From: an uncultured Actinomycetota bacterium
GTDB lineage: Bacteria > Actinomycetota > Actinomycetes > Propionibacteriales > Nocardioidaceae
Direction: 5' to 3'
Length of the DNA: 64,000 nucleotides
Assembly (NCBI GenBank): GCA_963806945.1
Contig: CAWDZH010000003.1
Coordinates: 119,958 to 183,957 of the forward strand
Part shown: positions 30,448 through 45,737 of the stretch, one piece after another
How the letters are laid out: every line of letters begins with the position of its first letter
How positions within the stretch are numbered: the first letter of the stretch is position 1
The notes under the pieces: generated by a model
The model's input: the letters and a program-made list of their open reading frames with translations, nothing else
The model's database searches: none
What the model was told of the DNA's origin: nothing
Position numbers and translations under genes: made by a program

Positions 30448-31834
30448 TCAGCGAAGGCAGGTGGGCACGTGTGCGCGTCCGGTGGTGGCGACCTCGAGCA
30501 TCAGCTGGGCGACGGCGCGGTCGATGGGGTCGTCGGACATGAACCCGGAGCCGATGGGTTCGGTGAGGGTGGTGGTGCCGAGGTGGTTGACGCGTCGGTA
30601 GCGGTGGTGGGGGGTCAGCCAGACGTAGTCGCCTGGCCCGAGTTGTCGGACCTGGTAGCCGAGGTGGGTCTTGGCGCGGTGGCTGGTGCGGCCCAGGGGT
30701 TGGGTGTTGTGGTCGCCGGTCTGTCCGGGGTGGCTGGGGGCGAAGGGTTCGACGTGGTCGTGGTCGAGGCGGCGGCTGAGGCCGTTGGCGTGGGGGAAGG
30801 TGTCGGCGGGGGTGCGGAGCCGGATCCGTTCCTTGAGTGATTCGGGGTGTTCGTAGGCGTCGAAGGCGATCTGGTCGGCCAGATCGATGACGGGCTTGAC
30901 GGTGACGTGGGTGTGGCCGAGCCATTCGGGGATCTCGCGAGGACAGGACGGGGCCGATGTCCTCGATCCGGGCGACGCCGTGGTCGTCGCGCACGGCCTC
31001 CTCGTGGAGGTGGAGGTAGAGCACGACCCGGGGCCGGGCCTTCTCGCCGGCATCTCCGGCGCCTCCCTGGAGGAGGTCGAGGAGGTCGGCGGGCCGGGCG
31101 AGCCAGGTGAAGGCCTCGGAGCGGAGCACGTCGCGCGTCGTGCCGGCGTCGTAGCGGGGTGCGAGCAGGTCGGCGACGTGGTCGACCATGGCGTCGATCC
31201 AGGCGGCGTCGCCGGCGCGGACCCGGGCCAGGATGTGACGCAGACCGAACTCGTCGGTGCGGCCGAGGGAGACGTAGCGGCGGTGTTTCTCGGCGTCGAG
31301 GGCGGCGGCGTGGGCGGCAGGGTCGGCCTCGATCACCTTGGCGCGCACGACGTCGAGGATGCGGGCGGGGGAGACCTCGCCGAGGTCCTCGGGGAGCGCG
31401 GCGTCGACGACCCGGACGGCGATCTCGCCGAGGCTGCGGGTCAGGGTCGCGGTCTTGCGGGCGATCCACGGTTCCAGTCGGAGCTCCTGGACGGCCGCCC
31501 ACCAGGTCGGGAGCCGGTGACGGAGGTCGAGGGCGTCGGCGACGAGCCGGCGGGAGGCGTGGGGGTGGACCCGACGCGAGATGGCGAGCTCGGACAGGCA
31601 CAGCTCCTGCACTTCGGGCGTGCCCTCGCCGCCGACCTGGACCAGCCGGTCCTCGCCGGCCCAGACCCGTCGTCCGCCCGGGCCGAGCTGGGGGTCGGCG
31701 GCGTGGAGGTCGGCCCAGTGGGCACCCAACGCCAGATCCCGTGCCTCGGCCGTGCGTCGCTGGACCAGCACGTCCTCGACGGCCGTCAGCGTGGCGGCTG
31801 CGTCCAGGTCGTCGAGGTCGGCGGGTGCGAGCAT
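30448..31834 (-). CDS. DUF222 (13E12-like) protein with C-terminal HNH-like domain, +1 frameshift near 30940
   Basis: 'WADLH', 'GGEGTPEV', 'DALDLRHRLP' and 'VVLYLHL' in the N-terminal frame. The second frame gives 'VTVKPVIDL...DAYE.P...FP...DHDHVEP...GQT..HN.QPL...HRAKTH...W.TP'. Confidence 0.8.
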
Positions 31835-31840
31835 GTGCCG

Positions 31841-31869
31841 AGTCTATTCGAACAAGTGTTCGAAGTCAA
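31841..31869 (-). promoter_or_regulatory. LexA SOS box inside a leaderless sigma-A promoter of the DUF222/HNH gene
   Basis: TCGAAC-AAGT-GTTCGA at 31848-31863 is a perfect actinobacterial SOS consensus. It fills the spacer of TTGACT-N17-TAGACT, which lies 6 nt before the ATG. Confidence 0.88.
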
Positions 31870-31884
31870 GGTGCGCTCCCTCGT

Positions 31885-32643
31885 TCAGTTCTCTACCGCC
31901 GCGCCACGCGACTCGACGGCCGGGCAGCCGTCCGGGTGGAAGACGCACATCTGGTCGACGATGGGCGAGAGCAGCCGCTGGTGGCTCCGGATGCCTGCCC
32001 CGAGCGTCTCGCCAGCGACGTACTCGCCACCGGTGGCGGTCACCAGGACGGCGTTGCCGACCCGGGTGACGTCCCACCAGGTCGCGCCGGGGGACGGCAG
32101 GCCGTCGGTCTCGTAGGTCTGGAGGATCCGTGCCGAATCCTCCCCCAGAGCCCCGGTCGAGACGGTGTGGATCCAACGGGTGCCTCCGTGCTGCTCTTCG
32201 GGGCATCGCCCTGCCGCAGAGACGGCATGGCTGAGGAACGCGTGAGCAGTGCGATCGTCGGGGAAGACACGGAGGTCGCGCCGGTCGGCGTACTCCGGGC
32301 CGGTGGCCCCGGCGCGGCGGGTGTCCAGCGAGGCGCCTTCCGGGAACGCCTCAGCGTCGCAGAACGTCCAGGTGACGGCCTCCGAGACCCGCGTGAAGTC
32401 CCCACCGTCCGGCGGGAGCCCGAGGGCCACCGAGAGGTCGTCCGGCACGGAGGTGAGCCAGTCCTGCCGCGTGGCCGCAGGGAAGGTGGCAGACGGGGAC
32501 GGAGGCACCGCCGGCGGCGAGGGGGAGGACGTTGACGTCCCGGTCTCGCGGGGCGACGGGTCGGAATTCGTCAACGCCGCCGCGGCGAGTGCAGTCGCGG
32601 CGACGGCGCCAGCGGCGGCCAGCGCGATCGTGGTGCCGTGCAT
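31885..32643 (-). CDS. Secreted/surface hypothetical protein (PknH-like sensor-domain candidate)
   Basis: N-terminal hydrophobic signal, Ser/Pro linker, paired Cys residues, 'LGEDSARI...VTRVGNAVLV'. Confidence 0.6.
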   Translation of the reverse strand: MHGTTIALAAAGAVAATALAAAALTNSDPSPRETGTSTSSPSPPAVPPSPSATFPAATRQDWLTSVPDDLSVALGLPPDGGDFTRVSEAVTWTFCDAEAFPEGASLDTRRAGATGPEYADRRDLRVFPDDRTAHAFLSHAVSAAGRCPEEQHGGTRWIHTVSTGALGEDSARILQTYETDGLPSPGATWWDVTRVGNAVLVTATGGEYVAGETLGAGIRSHQRLLSPIVDQMCVFHPDGCPAVESRGAAVEN

Positions 32644-32699
32644 GTCGTCTCCTCACGTGGACGACATGGAGACGCTCGGGAGCGCCCAGATGTTGTCGA

Positions 32700-34532
32700 T
32701 CAGCGCTTCGGAGCGGGCTGGAACGCCAACCGAGCCATCGCCCGGCGCAACAGGGTGTCGAAGGCGCCCGGCTGCATGGTGACGCTCTTGGTCGGGACGA
32801 AGCCGACCTGTGCGACCGAGGTGCCGACCCGGGCGACGCCCATCAGGTAGGTGACGTTCTCGTTGTCGCTGAGCTCGGAGGTCACCCGCCACAGCGAGAG
32901 GTCGCGGTCGCCCTCGGACATGCTGGCCAGCGAGACGACCGTGCTGCCCGGGTCGCGGTCGTTGCACGACGCCATCCGGTCGCGGATCGTCTTCACGAAG
33001 CCCTTCGCGCGGTTCGCCGGCATGCTCGCGACGGTCTCGGTGAGGCCGAAGGCCGCCGGAACCCGGGCTCCGGGCACCAGGTAGGTCCGGGTGAACCCGT
33101 GGCTGATGCCCTTCTGCGAGAAGTCGGCGCGGTCGCACTGGGTGGAGGCGGCATTGCTGCGCGCCTGACGCGGTTCGGTTCCCACCCACCCCTGGTTCAC
33201 GTTGGTCACCGGCGGCAGGTCGGCTTCCACGAGCAGGCTCGGCACCTCCCCGGCACGCAGCGGTGCGATCGCCTCCAGCTTCGGCTCGGTGGTGCACGGG
33301 GCGTTGGGGGTGGTGGTGCACAGCCCGTTGATGGCGTCGCCGAGGAAGTGTGCCTGGTCACTCAGGTCGGGCGGCCCCCCGGCCGTGGTCCGGGTCAGGG
33401 TGGTCGTGACGATCTGTCCGGTCCGGGCGACGCCGACGACGACCGTCGATGCGGGATCGCGCCAGCTCCGGAGCTGGAACAGCCGAGCCTCGTCGCCGAC
33501 GCCTGAGACCGCGTGGGTGCTCATGAGCTGCATCTGGGGAGTGACGCACCCGCCGTACCACCGCAGCATCCGGTGCCACGCGCGGCGTGAGGACCGGGTG
33601 GTCGAGGAGAGCTCGGCGTACTGCACCGCCGACACCGTCGGCTGGTTCTTCCGAGGCGCGGTCTCGAAGGTGCGGACCAGCGTCGACACCCCGTGCGGGT
33701 CGGCGTAGCGCTCCTGCTGGCACGGCGCGATCCGGCCGTTCCCCCGACTGTTGTCACTCGTACGACGCTCCCTCCAGCCACGCCCGCCGAGCAGGCGCCC
33801 GAGGTCGTCGGCGGCGACCAGTCGGTCGACCGTGAAGGCGGCGATCGGATCCCCCGGCCCCGGTGCGCTCGCTGCCGGACGACCGGTGTCCTCGGGGGAC
33901 TGACTCTCGGCCGTCGACCCGCTCACGACCGAGCCGGTGACGACGACGGCGGCCACTGCGGTGACCGCGCCCACGATCGTGTGGGTACGCCGCCGGGCGG
34001 CGCCGGCACGGCGCAGGATCGAGGGACGCGGCCAGCGGGACTCCTCGACCAGTGCGGCGAGCTGCGCAAAAAGTCCGGGCAGCCGCTCGGGGCCGACCTC
34101 GCGCTGCTCGAGGAACTTCGCGGTCGCAGCGGTGGTCTGGAGCTCGGCCTGGGCCGAGGGCACCCCGAGCTCGCGGGCGCGGTCGGCCAGGGGCAACTTC
34201 GTGAGGTGGTGGAGGACCAGCGCCTTGCGCTGCAGCAGCGAGAGGCTGCCGAGTGCGTCGAAGGTCGCCTTCGCCTCCGGGTCGAGGCTCTTGTCCCGGT
34301 GCCAGATCCGCGCGGTGTGACGCCGCTGCGCCTGGGCCCAGGCGTGCGGACGCACCCATGCCTCCGCATCGGGCAGTCGGTTCACCTTGCGCCAGTGGTG
34401 CCAGGTGACGATGAAGGAATCGCGCACCGCGGACCGGGCGGCTGGGAGATCACCGGTCAGTGCGTAGGTCTGGACGAGCAGTCGGGAGCGGGCGTCCTTG
34501 TAGAAAGCGTCGAACTCCTCGGGCTGGATCAT
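32700..34532 (-). CDS. ECF-sigma-like N-terminus fused to a TM segment and two Cys-containing extracellular domains
   Basis: 'EFDAFY...RLLVQTYALTGDLPAA...WRKV....AEAWVR' (region 2-like), 'ALGSLSLLQRKALVLHHL..L...ARELGV' (region 4-like), 'ILRRAGAARRR' followed by a TM segment. Confidence 0.65.
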   Translation of the reverse strand: MIQPEEFDAFYKDARSRLLVQTYALTGDLPAARSAVRDSFIVTWHHWRKVNRLPDAEAWVRPHAWAQAQRRHTARIWHRDKSLDPEAKATFDALGSLSLLQRKALVLHHLTKLPLADRARELGVPSAQAELQTTAATAKFLEQREVGPERLPGLFAQLAALVEESRWPRPSILRRAGAARRRTHTIVGAVTAVAAVVVTGSVVSGSTAESQSPEDTGRPAASAPGPGDPIAAFTVDRLVAADDLGRLLGGRGWRERRTSDNSRGNGRIAPCQQERYADPHGVSTLVRTFETAPRKNQPTVSAVQYAELSSTTRSSRRAWHRMLRWYGGCVTPQMQLMSTHAVSGVGDEARLFQLRSWRDPASTVVVGVARTGQIVTTTLTRTTAGGPPDLSDQAHFLGDAINGLCTTTPNAPCTTEPKLEAIAPLRAGEVPSLLVEADLPPVTNVNQGWVGTEPRQARSNAASTQCDRADFSQKGISHGFTRTYLVPGARVPAAFGLTETVASMPANRAKGFVKTIRDRMASCNDRDPGSTVVSLASMSEGDRDLSLWRVTSELSDNENVTYLMGVARVGTSVAQVGFVPTKSVTMQPGAFDTLLRRAMARLAFQPAPKR

Positions 34533-34622
34533 GACCGCTCCACTGTACGAGCCGGGCCAGGTGCTGGCGAACCGGCGTGGGACCGCACCAGCGTCGCGGC
34601 GGCGGGTGATGATGGCGAGGCC

Positions 34623-35867
34623 ATGACGTCGCTGCTCTCGGCCCCTGCCCGTATCGCCGCGCCCTCCGTCGACCCCCGGAACCGGAGGCCGTTGGCGCTG
34701 GTGGCCCTGCTGGGTGGGGTTCTCGCCGCGGCCGGACTGTTGCTGGTCTGCCTGGGCGCCGCAGTGACCGGCTGGTTCCTCGCCGACGCGGCCTCCCACG
34801 GCGCCCCGCGTGACGCGTTGCAGGTCGGCGCGCTGGGCTGGCTGATGGCGCACGGGTCCGGGGTCCGGGTCCAGGGAACCGCGGTCACCGCCATCCCTCT
34901 GCTGCTCACGCTGCTCGCAGTCTGGTCCACCTGGCGGGTCGGTCTCCGGGTCGGGAGCTCGGTCTCGGGCCACGGCCCCGACGCCGACCAGATCTCCGAC
35001 GGGGAGCGCGACTGGACCGTTCCCGTGGCCGCGGCCTGCCTCGTCGCCGGTTACGTCGCGGTCACCGCGACGACGATCTCCCTCGCCGCCTCGCCCGCCA
35101 CCGCACCGTCCGCCGGCCGGGCACTCGCCTGGTCGGCGCTGATCGCCTTCGCCGCCGGGGCACCCGCGATCGCCGTCGGGAGCGGCCGCGCCGCGATCTG
35201 GGCCGCCATGCTGCCCGGCAACGTGCGCGCCACGGCCGCCTCCTGCCGCGCCGTACTCCGATCGGTGCTCCTGGTGGCGTTCGCCACCCTGCTCGTCGCC
35301 TTCGCGGTCGACCTGGCCACGGCGGTCAACGTGCTCTCCGAGCTCCGACTCTCCGGTGGCGAGGTCGTCGTCTTCGTGATGGTGTCGCTGCTCGCCCTGC
35401 CCAACGCCACGCTCTTCTCCGCCTCCTACCTGCTCGGGCCGGGGTTCACCGTCGGTGCCGAGACGCTGGTCTCCCCGAGCGTGGTCACCACCGGTGCCCT
35501 GCCCGCGTTCCCGCTGCTCGCCGCGCTGCCCGACAGCGGTCCTGTCCCCGGCTGGACCGTCTGGCTGATCGCCGTCCCGCCGCTCGCTGCGGCGGTGGGT
35601 GCTGCTCTCGCCCAGCGGCGGCGACCGACCGTCCGGTGGGAGGAGGGGGCGCTGCGCGGCTGTGCTGGTGGCGTCGTGGCCGGGCTGTTGCTCGGTTGGC
35701 TGGCCACCGTGGCCGGAGGGGCGGTCGGCCCGGGCCGGATGCGCTTCGTCGACCCGCTCTCCTTCGACGTCCTCGTCCACGCCATCACTGCGCTCGGCAT
35801 CGGCGGACTCGTCGGTGGCTTGGCGATGACGTGGTGGCAGCGACGTCGGCTGCGCACGGCGGGCTGA
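34623..35867 (+). CDS. DUF6350/PerM-like polytopic membrane protein
   Basis: WLMAHG, LPNA...SYLLGPGF.VG, LPAFPLLAALP and GGAVGPGRM motifs. Conserved position before purN. Confidence 0.75.
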   Translation: MTSLLSAPARIAAPSVDPRNRRPLALVALLGGVLAAAGLLLVCLGAAVTGWFLADAASHGAPRDALQVGALGWLMAHGSGVRVQGTAVTAIPLLLTLLAVWSTWRVGLRVGSSVSGHGPDADQISDGERDWTVPVAAACLVAGYVAVTATTISLAASPATAPSAGRALAWSALIAFAAGAPAIAVGSGRAAIWAAMLPGNVRATAASCRAVLRSVLLVAFATLLVAFAVDLATAVNVLSELRLSGGEVVVFVMVSLLALPNATLFSASYLLGPGFTVGAETLVSPSVVTTGALPAFPLLAALPDSGPVPGWTVWLIAVPPLAAAVGAALAQRRRPTVRWEEGALRGCAGGVVAGLLLGWLATVAGGAVGPGRMRFVDPLSFDVLVHAITALGIGGLVGGLAMTWWQRRRLRTAG

Positions 35868-35887
35868 CCTGCCTCTAGAGTCCCCTT

Positions 35888-36481
35888 GTGCGACTCGTCG
35901 TCCTGGTCTCCGGCTCCGGCACCAACCTGCAAGCACTGCTCGACGCCTGCGGCGACCCGGCGTACGGCGCACGCGTGGTCGCCGTGGGTGCCGACCGCGA
36001 CGACATCGAGGGTCTCGCCCGGGCTGAGCGGGCGGGCATCCCCACCTTCGTCCGGAGGCTCGCGGACTACTCGGCCCGCGACGACTGGGACCGCGCCCTC
36101 GCCGAGGCGGTCGGCGCGTTCGACCCGGACCTGGTCGTCTCTGCCGGGTTCATGAAGCTGGTCGGCGAGGACTTCCTCGGCCGGTTCCCGACGGTCAACA
36201 CCCACCCGGCGCTGTGCCCCGCCTTCCCGGGCATGCACGGCGCCGTCGATGCGCTCGACTATGGCGTGAAAGTCACCGGCGCGACCCTGTTCGTGGTCGA
36301 CGCCGGCGTCGACACCGGCCCGATCGTGGCGCAGGTGGCGGTCCCGGTGGAGGAGGACGACACCGCCGCGACGCTGCACGAACGGATCAAGGTCGCCGAG
36401 CGGGAGATGCTCGTGACGGCGGTGGGGCGGATGGCGCGCGAGGGCTGGTCGGTCGACGGGCGCCGGGTCCGGATAGGCTGA
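35888..36481 (+). CDS. purN: Phosphoribosylglycinamide formyltransferase
   Basis: [27 protein letters not shown] and DTGPI motifs. Confidence 0.96.
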   Translation: MRLVVLVSGSGTNLQALLDACGDPAYGARVVAVGADRDDIEGLARAERAGIPTFVRRLADYSARDDWDRALAEAVGAFDPDLVVSAGFMKLVGEDFLGRFPTVNTHPALCPAFPGMHGAVDALDYGVKVTGATLFVVDAGVDTGPIVAQVAVPVEEDDTAATLHERIKVAEREMLVTAVGRMAREGWSVDGRRVRIG

Positions 36482-36550
36482 GCCCACACGACTGGCGCAG
36501 GTGGGTCCACCACCGGGGAGTGACCTCGTCGAGCATCGAACGCCTGGGTG
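36482..36550 (+). ncRNA. ZMP/ZTP (pfl) riboswitch
   Basis: GACTGGCG..GGTGG....CCACCGGGGAG...CGCCTGGG signature directly upstream of purH. Confidence 0.9.
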
Positions 36551-36582
36551 CTCGGCCTCGTTCCACACCGAGGAGTCGCTGC

Positions 36583-38181
36583 GTGTCCACAGAAGCCACC
36601 TCTGGGTCCGGGTCCGACCGGATTCCGATCCGCCGCGCCCTGGTCTCGGTCTACGACAAGTCCGGCCTGGACGCGCTGGCCCGCGGCCTGCACGACGCGG
36701 GTGTCGAGCTGGTCTCCACCGGTGGCTCCGCCGCCCTGATCGAGGGGCTCGGTGTCCCCGTGACCAAGGTCGAAGCGCTCACCGGCTTCCCCGAGTGCCT
36801 CGACGGCCGGGTCAAGACGCTCCATCCGCGTGTGCACGCCGGGATCCTCGCCGACCGCCGTCTCCCGAGTCACGTCGAACAGCTGCGTGAGCTCGAGATC
36901 GAGCCGTTCGACCTCGTCGTCTCCAACCTGTACCCCTTCACCGAGACGGTCGCCTCCGGCGCGACGCCGGACGAGTGCGTCGAGCAGATCGACATCGGCG
37001 GTCCGTCGATGGTCCGTGCGGCGGCCAAGAACCATCCGTCGGTGGCCATCGTGACCTCGCCCGCCCGCTACGCCGAGGTGCTGGGTGCGCTGGCCGAGGG
37101 TGGCTTCACCCTGGCGCAGCGGCAACTGCTGGCTGCGGAGGCGTTCGCCCACACCGCGGCGTACGACGTCGCGGTGGCGTCGTGGATGGGCAGCGTATTG
37201 ACCGACACCTCTGCCGGTGAGGGTTTCCCTGCCTGGGTCGGAGGCACCTGGGACAAGGTGACCACCCTGCGCTACGGCGAGAACCCGCACCAGGCGGCGG
37301 CGCTCTACCGCAACCAGGTCGGTGCGGGGCTGGCGCAGGCGACCCAGCTGCACGGCAAGGAGATGTCCTACAACAACTTCGTCGACGCCGACGCAGCCCG
37401 TCGGGCTGCCTACGACAGCACCGAGCCGACGGTCGCGATCATCAAGCACGCCAACCCGTGCGGCATCGCGATCTGTTCCGACGACGTGGCGGATCCGATT
37501 TCCGTGGCCCACCGTCGTGCGCACGAGTGTGACCCCGTGTCGGCGTTCGGCGGTGTCATCGCCGTGAACCGTCCGGTCTCGGTCGCGATGGCGGAGCAGG
37601 TGGCCGAGGTGTTCACCGAGGTGATCGTGGCTCCGGCGTACGACGACGGCGCGGTCGAGGTGTTGCAGGGGAAGAAGAACATCCGGATCCTCGTCTGCGA
37701 GCCGCTCGGCCGCGGTGAGATCGAGATGCGCCCGATCTCGGGCGGCCTGCTGATGCAGCGGCGTGACGAGCTGGACGCGGCCGGGGACGACCCGACCAGC
37801 TGGACGCTCGCGACCGGCGAGCCGGCGTCGGCGGAGGTGCTTGCGGACCTGGCGTTCGCCTGGCGAGCGTGCCGGTCGGCGAAGTCGAACGCGATCCTGC
37901 TGGCCCGAGACGGCGCCTCGGTCGGCATCGGCATGGGGCAGGTCAACCGGGTCGACTCCTGCCGGCTCGCCGTCGAGCGGGCCGGTGAGCGAGCCGCCGG
38001 GTCGGTGGCCGCCTCCGACGCGTTCTTCCCCTTCGAGGACGGGCCGCAGATCCTGATCGACGCCGGGGTGAGGGCCATCGTGCAGCCGGGCGGCTCCGTG
38101 CGCGACGAGCTCACGATCGCGGCGTGCCAGGCGGCCGGCGTGACGATGTACGTCACCGGGACTCGACACTTTGCTCACTGA
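36583..38181 (+). CDS. purH: Bifunctional AICAR transformylase / IMP cyclohydrolase
   Basis: [42 protein letters not shown] and ASDAFFPF motifs. GAGGAG Shine-Dalgarno before the GTG at 36583. Confidence 0.97.
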   Translation: MSTEATSGSGSDRIPIRRALVSVYDKSGLDALARGLHDAGVELVSTGGSAALIEGLGVPVTKVEALTGFPECLDGRVKTLHPRVHAGILADRRLPSHVEQLRELEIEPFDLVVSNLYPFTETVASGATPDECVEQIDIGGPSMVRAAAKNHPSVAIVTSPARYAEVLGALAEGGFTLAQRQLLAAEAFAHTAAYDVAVASWMGSVLTDTSAGEGFPAWVGGTWDKVTTLRYGENPHQAAALYRNQVGAGLAQATQLHGKEMSYNNFVDADAARRAAYDSTEPTVAIIKHANPCGIAICSDDVADPISVAHRRAHECDPVSAFGGVIAVNRPVSVAMAEQVAEVFTEVIVAPAYDDGAVEVLQGKKNIRILVCEPLGRGEIEMRPISGGLLMQRRDELDAAGDDPTSWTLATGEPASAEVLADLAFAWRACRSAKSNAILLARDGASVGIGMGQVNRVDSCRLAVERAGERAAGSVAASDAFFPFEDGPQILIDAGVRAIVQPGGSVRDELTIAACQAAGVTMYVTGTRHFAH

Positions 38182-38193
38182 CAGGATGACTAC

Positions 38194-39045
38194 GTGACGG
38201 CACAGCGACTCGACGGCAGCGCGACCCTGAAGGTCATCAAGGCCGAGCTCACCGAGCGGGTGGCCCTGCTGCGGGAGCGCGGGATCGTGCCCGGCCTGGG
38301 CACGGTGCTCGTGGGCGACGACCCCGGCAGCCACTGGTACGTCGGCGCCAAGCACAGGGACTGCGCCGAGATCGGCATCACCTCGATCCGCCGCGACCTG
38401 CCCGCCACGGCTGATCAGGGCGAGGTCGAAGCGGTGATCGACGCGCTGAACGACGACCCGGCCTGCACCGGTTTCCTGGTCCAGCAGCCGACCGGGCTGG
38501 ACGAGTTCGCGCTCCTGTCGCGGGTCGATCCGGACAAGGACGTCGACGGGCTCCACCCGACCAACCTCGGCAAGCTCGTGCTGGGCGAGGCAGGGCCGCT
38601 GCCGTGCACACCGGTCGGTGCGATCGAGCTGCTGCGCCGCCACGACGTTCCGATCGCCGGCGCGGACGTGGTGGTGGTCGGCCGCGGTCTCACCGTGGGT
38701 CGCCCACTGGGCCTGCTGCTCACCCGGCGTACGGAGAACGCGACGGTGACGCTCTGCCACACCGGCACCCGGGACCTCGCAGCGCACGTGCGGAACGCCG
38801 ACATCGTGGTGGCGGCGGCCGGTGTGCCGGGCATCATCACGGCTGCGATGGTCAAGCCGGGCGCCGCGGTCTTGGACGTCGGGGTCTCCCGCGTCGACGG
38901 CAAGATCGCGGGCGACGTCGCGGACTCGGTCTGGGACGTGGCCGACTGGGTCTCGCCGAATCCGGGCGGGGTCGGACCGATGACCCGCGCGATGCTGCTC
39001 ACCAACATCGTGCTGGCCGCCGAGCGGATGGGGGAGCAGTCGTGA
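38194..39045 (+). CDS. folD: Methylenetetrahydrofolate dehydrogenase/cyclohydrolase
   Basis: [18 protein letters not shown] and [10 protein letters not shown] motifs. Confidence 0.96.
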   Translation: MTAQRLDGSATLKVIKAELTERVALLRERGIVPGLGTVLVGDDPGSHWYVGAKHRDCAEIGITSIRRDLPATADQGEVEAVIDALNDDPACTGFLVQQPTGLDEFALLSRVDPDKDVDGLHPTNLGKLVLGEAGPLPCTPVGAIELLRRHDVPIAGADVVVVGRGLTVGRPLGLLLTRRTENATVTLCHTGTRDLAAHVRNADIVVAAAGVPGIITAAMVKPGAAVLDVGVSRVDGKIAGDVADSVWDVADWVSPNPGGVGPMTRAMLLTNIVLAAERMGEQS

Positions 39046-39377
39046 CCGAGCCCGTCGAGCAGCATGAGGACGGCTCGCTGGTCCCCCCCGAGGAGGCGCC
39101 GAAGCGCTACCCCTCGACCATCGGCGGGTTGCTGTACCTGCTCGCGCTGGCCGGAGTCGCCGTGGGCCTCGGCCTCGCCGTGGCCGGCGACTGGCGGTCG
39201 GGAGTGCGCTGGATCGCGGGGGCGCTGCTGTTCGCGGCGGGCTGTCGGCTGCTGCTGCCGGACCGCCAGGCCGGCATGCTCGCGGTGCGGCACCGTGCCG
39301 TGGACGTCGCGCTGCTGGTCGCGGTCGGCGGCGTGCTGCTCGTCCTCGCCGGGTCGATTCCGAACCAGCGGCTCTGA
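39042..39377 (+). CDS. DUF3017-family membrane protein
   Basis: 'WRSG...RLLLP...GMLAVR.RAVD' pattern. GTG start overlaps the folD stop. Confidence 0.8.
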   Translation: MTEPVEQHEDGSLVPPEEAPKRYPSTIGGLLYLLALAGVAVGLGLAVAGDWRSGVRWIAGALLFAAGCRLLLPDRQAGMLAVRHRAVDVALLVAVGGVLLVLAGSIPNQRL

Positions 39378-39402
39378 GCCTGGGCGAACGCCGACGCCGG
39401 AC

Positions 39403-40389
39403 TCAGATCAGTCCGAGGTCCTTCACGGCGGCACGCTCCTCTTCGAGCTCGGCGGCGGTGGCGTCCATCTTGCCGCGCGAGAAGTCGTTGACGTCCAGGC
39501 CCTGCACGATCTCCCAGTTGCCGTCCTTCGTGGTGACGGGGAAGGAGTAGACGATGCCCTCGGGGACGCCGTAGGAGCCGTCCGAGCGGACCGCCATCGA
39601 GACCCAGTCGTCCACGGCGGAGCCGGTCAACCAGTCGCGGGCGGCGTCGATGGTGGCCGAGGCGGCCGAGGCGGCCGACGAGGAGCCACGCGCCTCGATG
39701 ATCGCGGCACCGCGCTTGGCGACGGTCGGGATGAAGTCGTTCTCGAGCCACGACTGGTCACCGACGACCTCGGCGGCGTTGCGACCGCCGACCTCGGCGT
39801 TGAAGAGATCGGGGTACTGCGTGGCGGAGTGGTTGCCCCAGATCGTCATCTTCTTGATGTCGGTCACCGGGGCGCCGGTCTTCGCCGCGAGCTGCGAGAT
39901 GGCGCGGTTGTGGTCGAGACGGGTCAGCGCGGAGAAGCGCTCGTCCGGGATGTCGGGGGCGTTCGTCATCGCGATCAACGCGTTGGTGTTGGCCGGGTTG
40001 CCGGTGACGCCGATGCGGACGTCGTCGGCGGCGACGCTGTTGAGCGCCTTGCCCTGGGCGGTGAAGATCGCGCCGTTCGCCTCCAGCAGGTCTGCGCGCT
40101 CCATGCCCGGGCCACGGGGGCGCGCGCCGACCAGCAGCGCGAGGTTGACCCCGTCGAAGACCTGCTCGGCGTCCGCGCCGATCTCGACGCCGGCCAGCGT
40201 CGGGAAGGCACAGTCATCGAGCTCCATGACGACCCCCTCGAGAGTCTTCAGCGCCGGCTCGATCTCCAGCAGCCGGAGCTCGATCGGACGGTCCGTCCCC
40301 AGCAGGGAGCCGCTCGCGAGACGGAACAGCAGGCTGTAGCCGATCTGGCCGGCGGCGCCGGTCACGGCCACCTTGAGGGGAGTGGTCAC
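39403..40389 (-). CDS. mdh: Malate dehydrogenase
   Basis: [44 protein letters not shown] and WGNHS motifs. Confidence 0.97.
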   Translation of the reverse strand: MTTPLKVAVTGAAGQIGYSLLFRLASGSLLGTDRPIELRLLEIEPALKTLEGVVMELDDCAFPTLAGVEIGADAEQVFDGVNLALLVGARPRGPGMERADLLEANGAIFTAQGKALNSVAADDVRIGVTGNPANTNALIAMTNAPDIPDERFSALTRLDHNRAISQLAAKTGAPVTDIKKMTIWGNHSATQYPDLFNAEVGGRNAAEVVGDQSWLENDFIPTVAKRGAAIIEARGSSSAASAASATIDAARDWLTGSAVDDWVSMAVRSDGSYGVPEGIVYSFPVTTKDGNWEIVQGLDVNDFSRGKMDATAAELEEERAAVKDLGLI

Positions 40390-40472
40390 GTCGGGGCTCC
40401 TCGAAGACTCGTGCGAGTGGGACAAGTGTGGGACTGCGTCCGACGCTAGCAGCGGTGCGCCATGCTGTGGGC

Positions 40473-41174
40473 ATGCCCCCATGGCGACGCCTCGCGCCGC
40501 AGCTTGCCGTCGTCGCGCTGCTCCTGACCGGCTGCGCCGCCGGGCCCGGCACCGTCGACCCGTCGGGTGTGGACGGCCTCGAGATCCCCACCCCGGCGCC
40601 GGATCCAGGCGATTTCCAGGCAGCCATCGACAACCCCTATCTTCCGCTGCGGCCCGGCACACAGTGGGTCTACGAGGCCACCGGGGAACAGTCCGCGACG
40701 GTCACGGTCTCGGTCACCGACGAGACCAGGGAGGTCGCCGGGGTCACCACCATCGTGGTCCGCGACGTCGTCACGGGCGCCGACGGCGAGGTGATCGAGG
40801 AGGCGGCCGAGTGGTACGCCCAGGACCGGGCCGGCAACGTCTGGCTCTTCGGTGAGGACGGCTCGTGGGAGGCGGGCATCGACGGGGCGCAGGCCGGGTT
40901 GGCCATGCCGGCCACGCCGCGCGTCGGCGACGGCTACCAGCACGAGTTCGCGCCCGGGACGGCCGAGGACCGTGCCCGGGTGCTGGCACTCGACGAGCAG
41001 CGCGAGACCGAGGCCGGGTCCTTCGAGGACCTCCTGGTCGTCGAACAGACCACCCCGTTGGAGCCGGGTCTGGTGGAGCGCGTCTACTACGCCTCCGGCA
41101 CCGGCCTCGTCCTCCGTGAGCCCGTCAGTGGCGGTACCGACCAGCTCGAGCTGGTGTCGATCACGGTGCCCTGA
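40473..41174 (+). CDS. Putative lipoprotein
   Basis: Lipobox LLLTGC, plus '[10 protein letters not shown]', 'WYAQD..GNVW.FGE' and 'SWEAG.DGAQAG'. Confidence 0.75.
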   Translation: MPPWRRLAPQLAVVALLLTGCAAGPGTVDPSGVDGLEIPTPAPDPGDFQAAIDNPYLPLRPGTQWVYEATGEQSATVTVSVTDETREVAGVTTIVVRDVVTGADGEVIEEAAEWYAQDRAGNVWLFGEDGSWEAGIDGAQAGLAMPATPRVGDGYQHEFAPGTAEDRARVLALDEQRETEAGSFEDLLVVEQTTPLEPGLVERVYYASGTGLVLREPVSGGTDQLELVSITVP

Positions 41175-43445
<2,271 letters not shown>

Positions 43446-43455
43446 GACCGAGGGA

Positions 43456-43482
43456 GGAATGGCCGGCGCCAGCCGGCTGTTG
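43456..43482 (+). promoter_or_regulatory. SigR/SigH-type ECF promoter GGAAT-N18-GTTG
   Basis: GGAAT at 43456-43460, an 18-nt spacer, then GTTG at 43479-43482, 9 nt before the GTG at 43492. Confidence 0.6.
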
Positions 43483-43491
43483 CCGCCTGAC

Positions 43492-45727
<2,236 letters not shown>

Positions 45728-45737
45728 GGTCGTTTCC

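Noticed and set aside
32700-35972. 1090-aa ORF as one giant protein
   Set aside because: The first ~480 codons are the antisense shadow of the perM-like gene. The plausible protein starts at the ATG at 34532.
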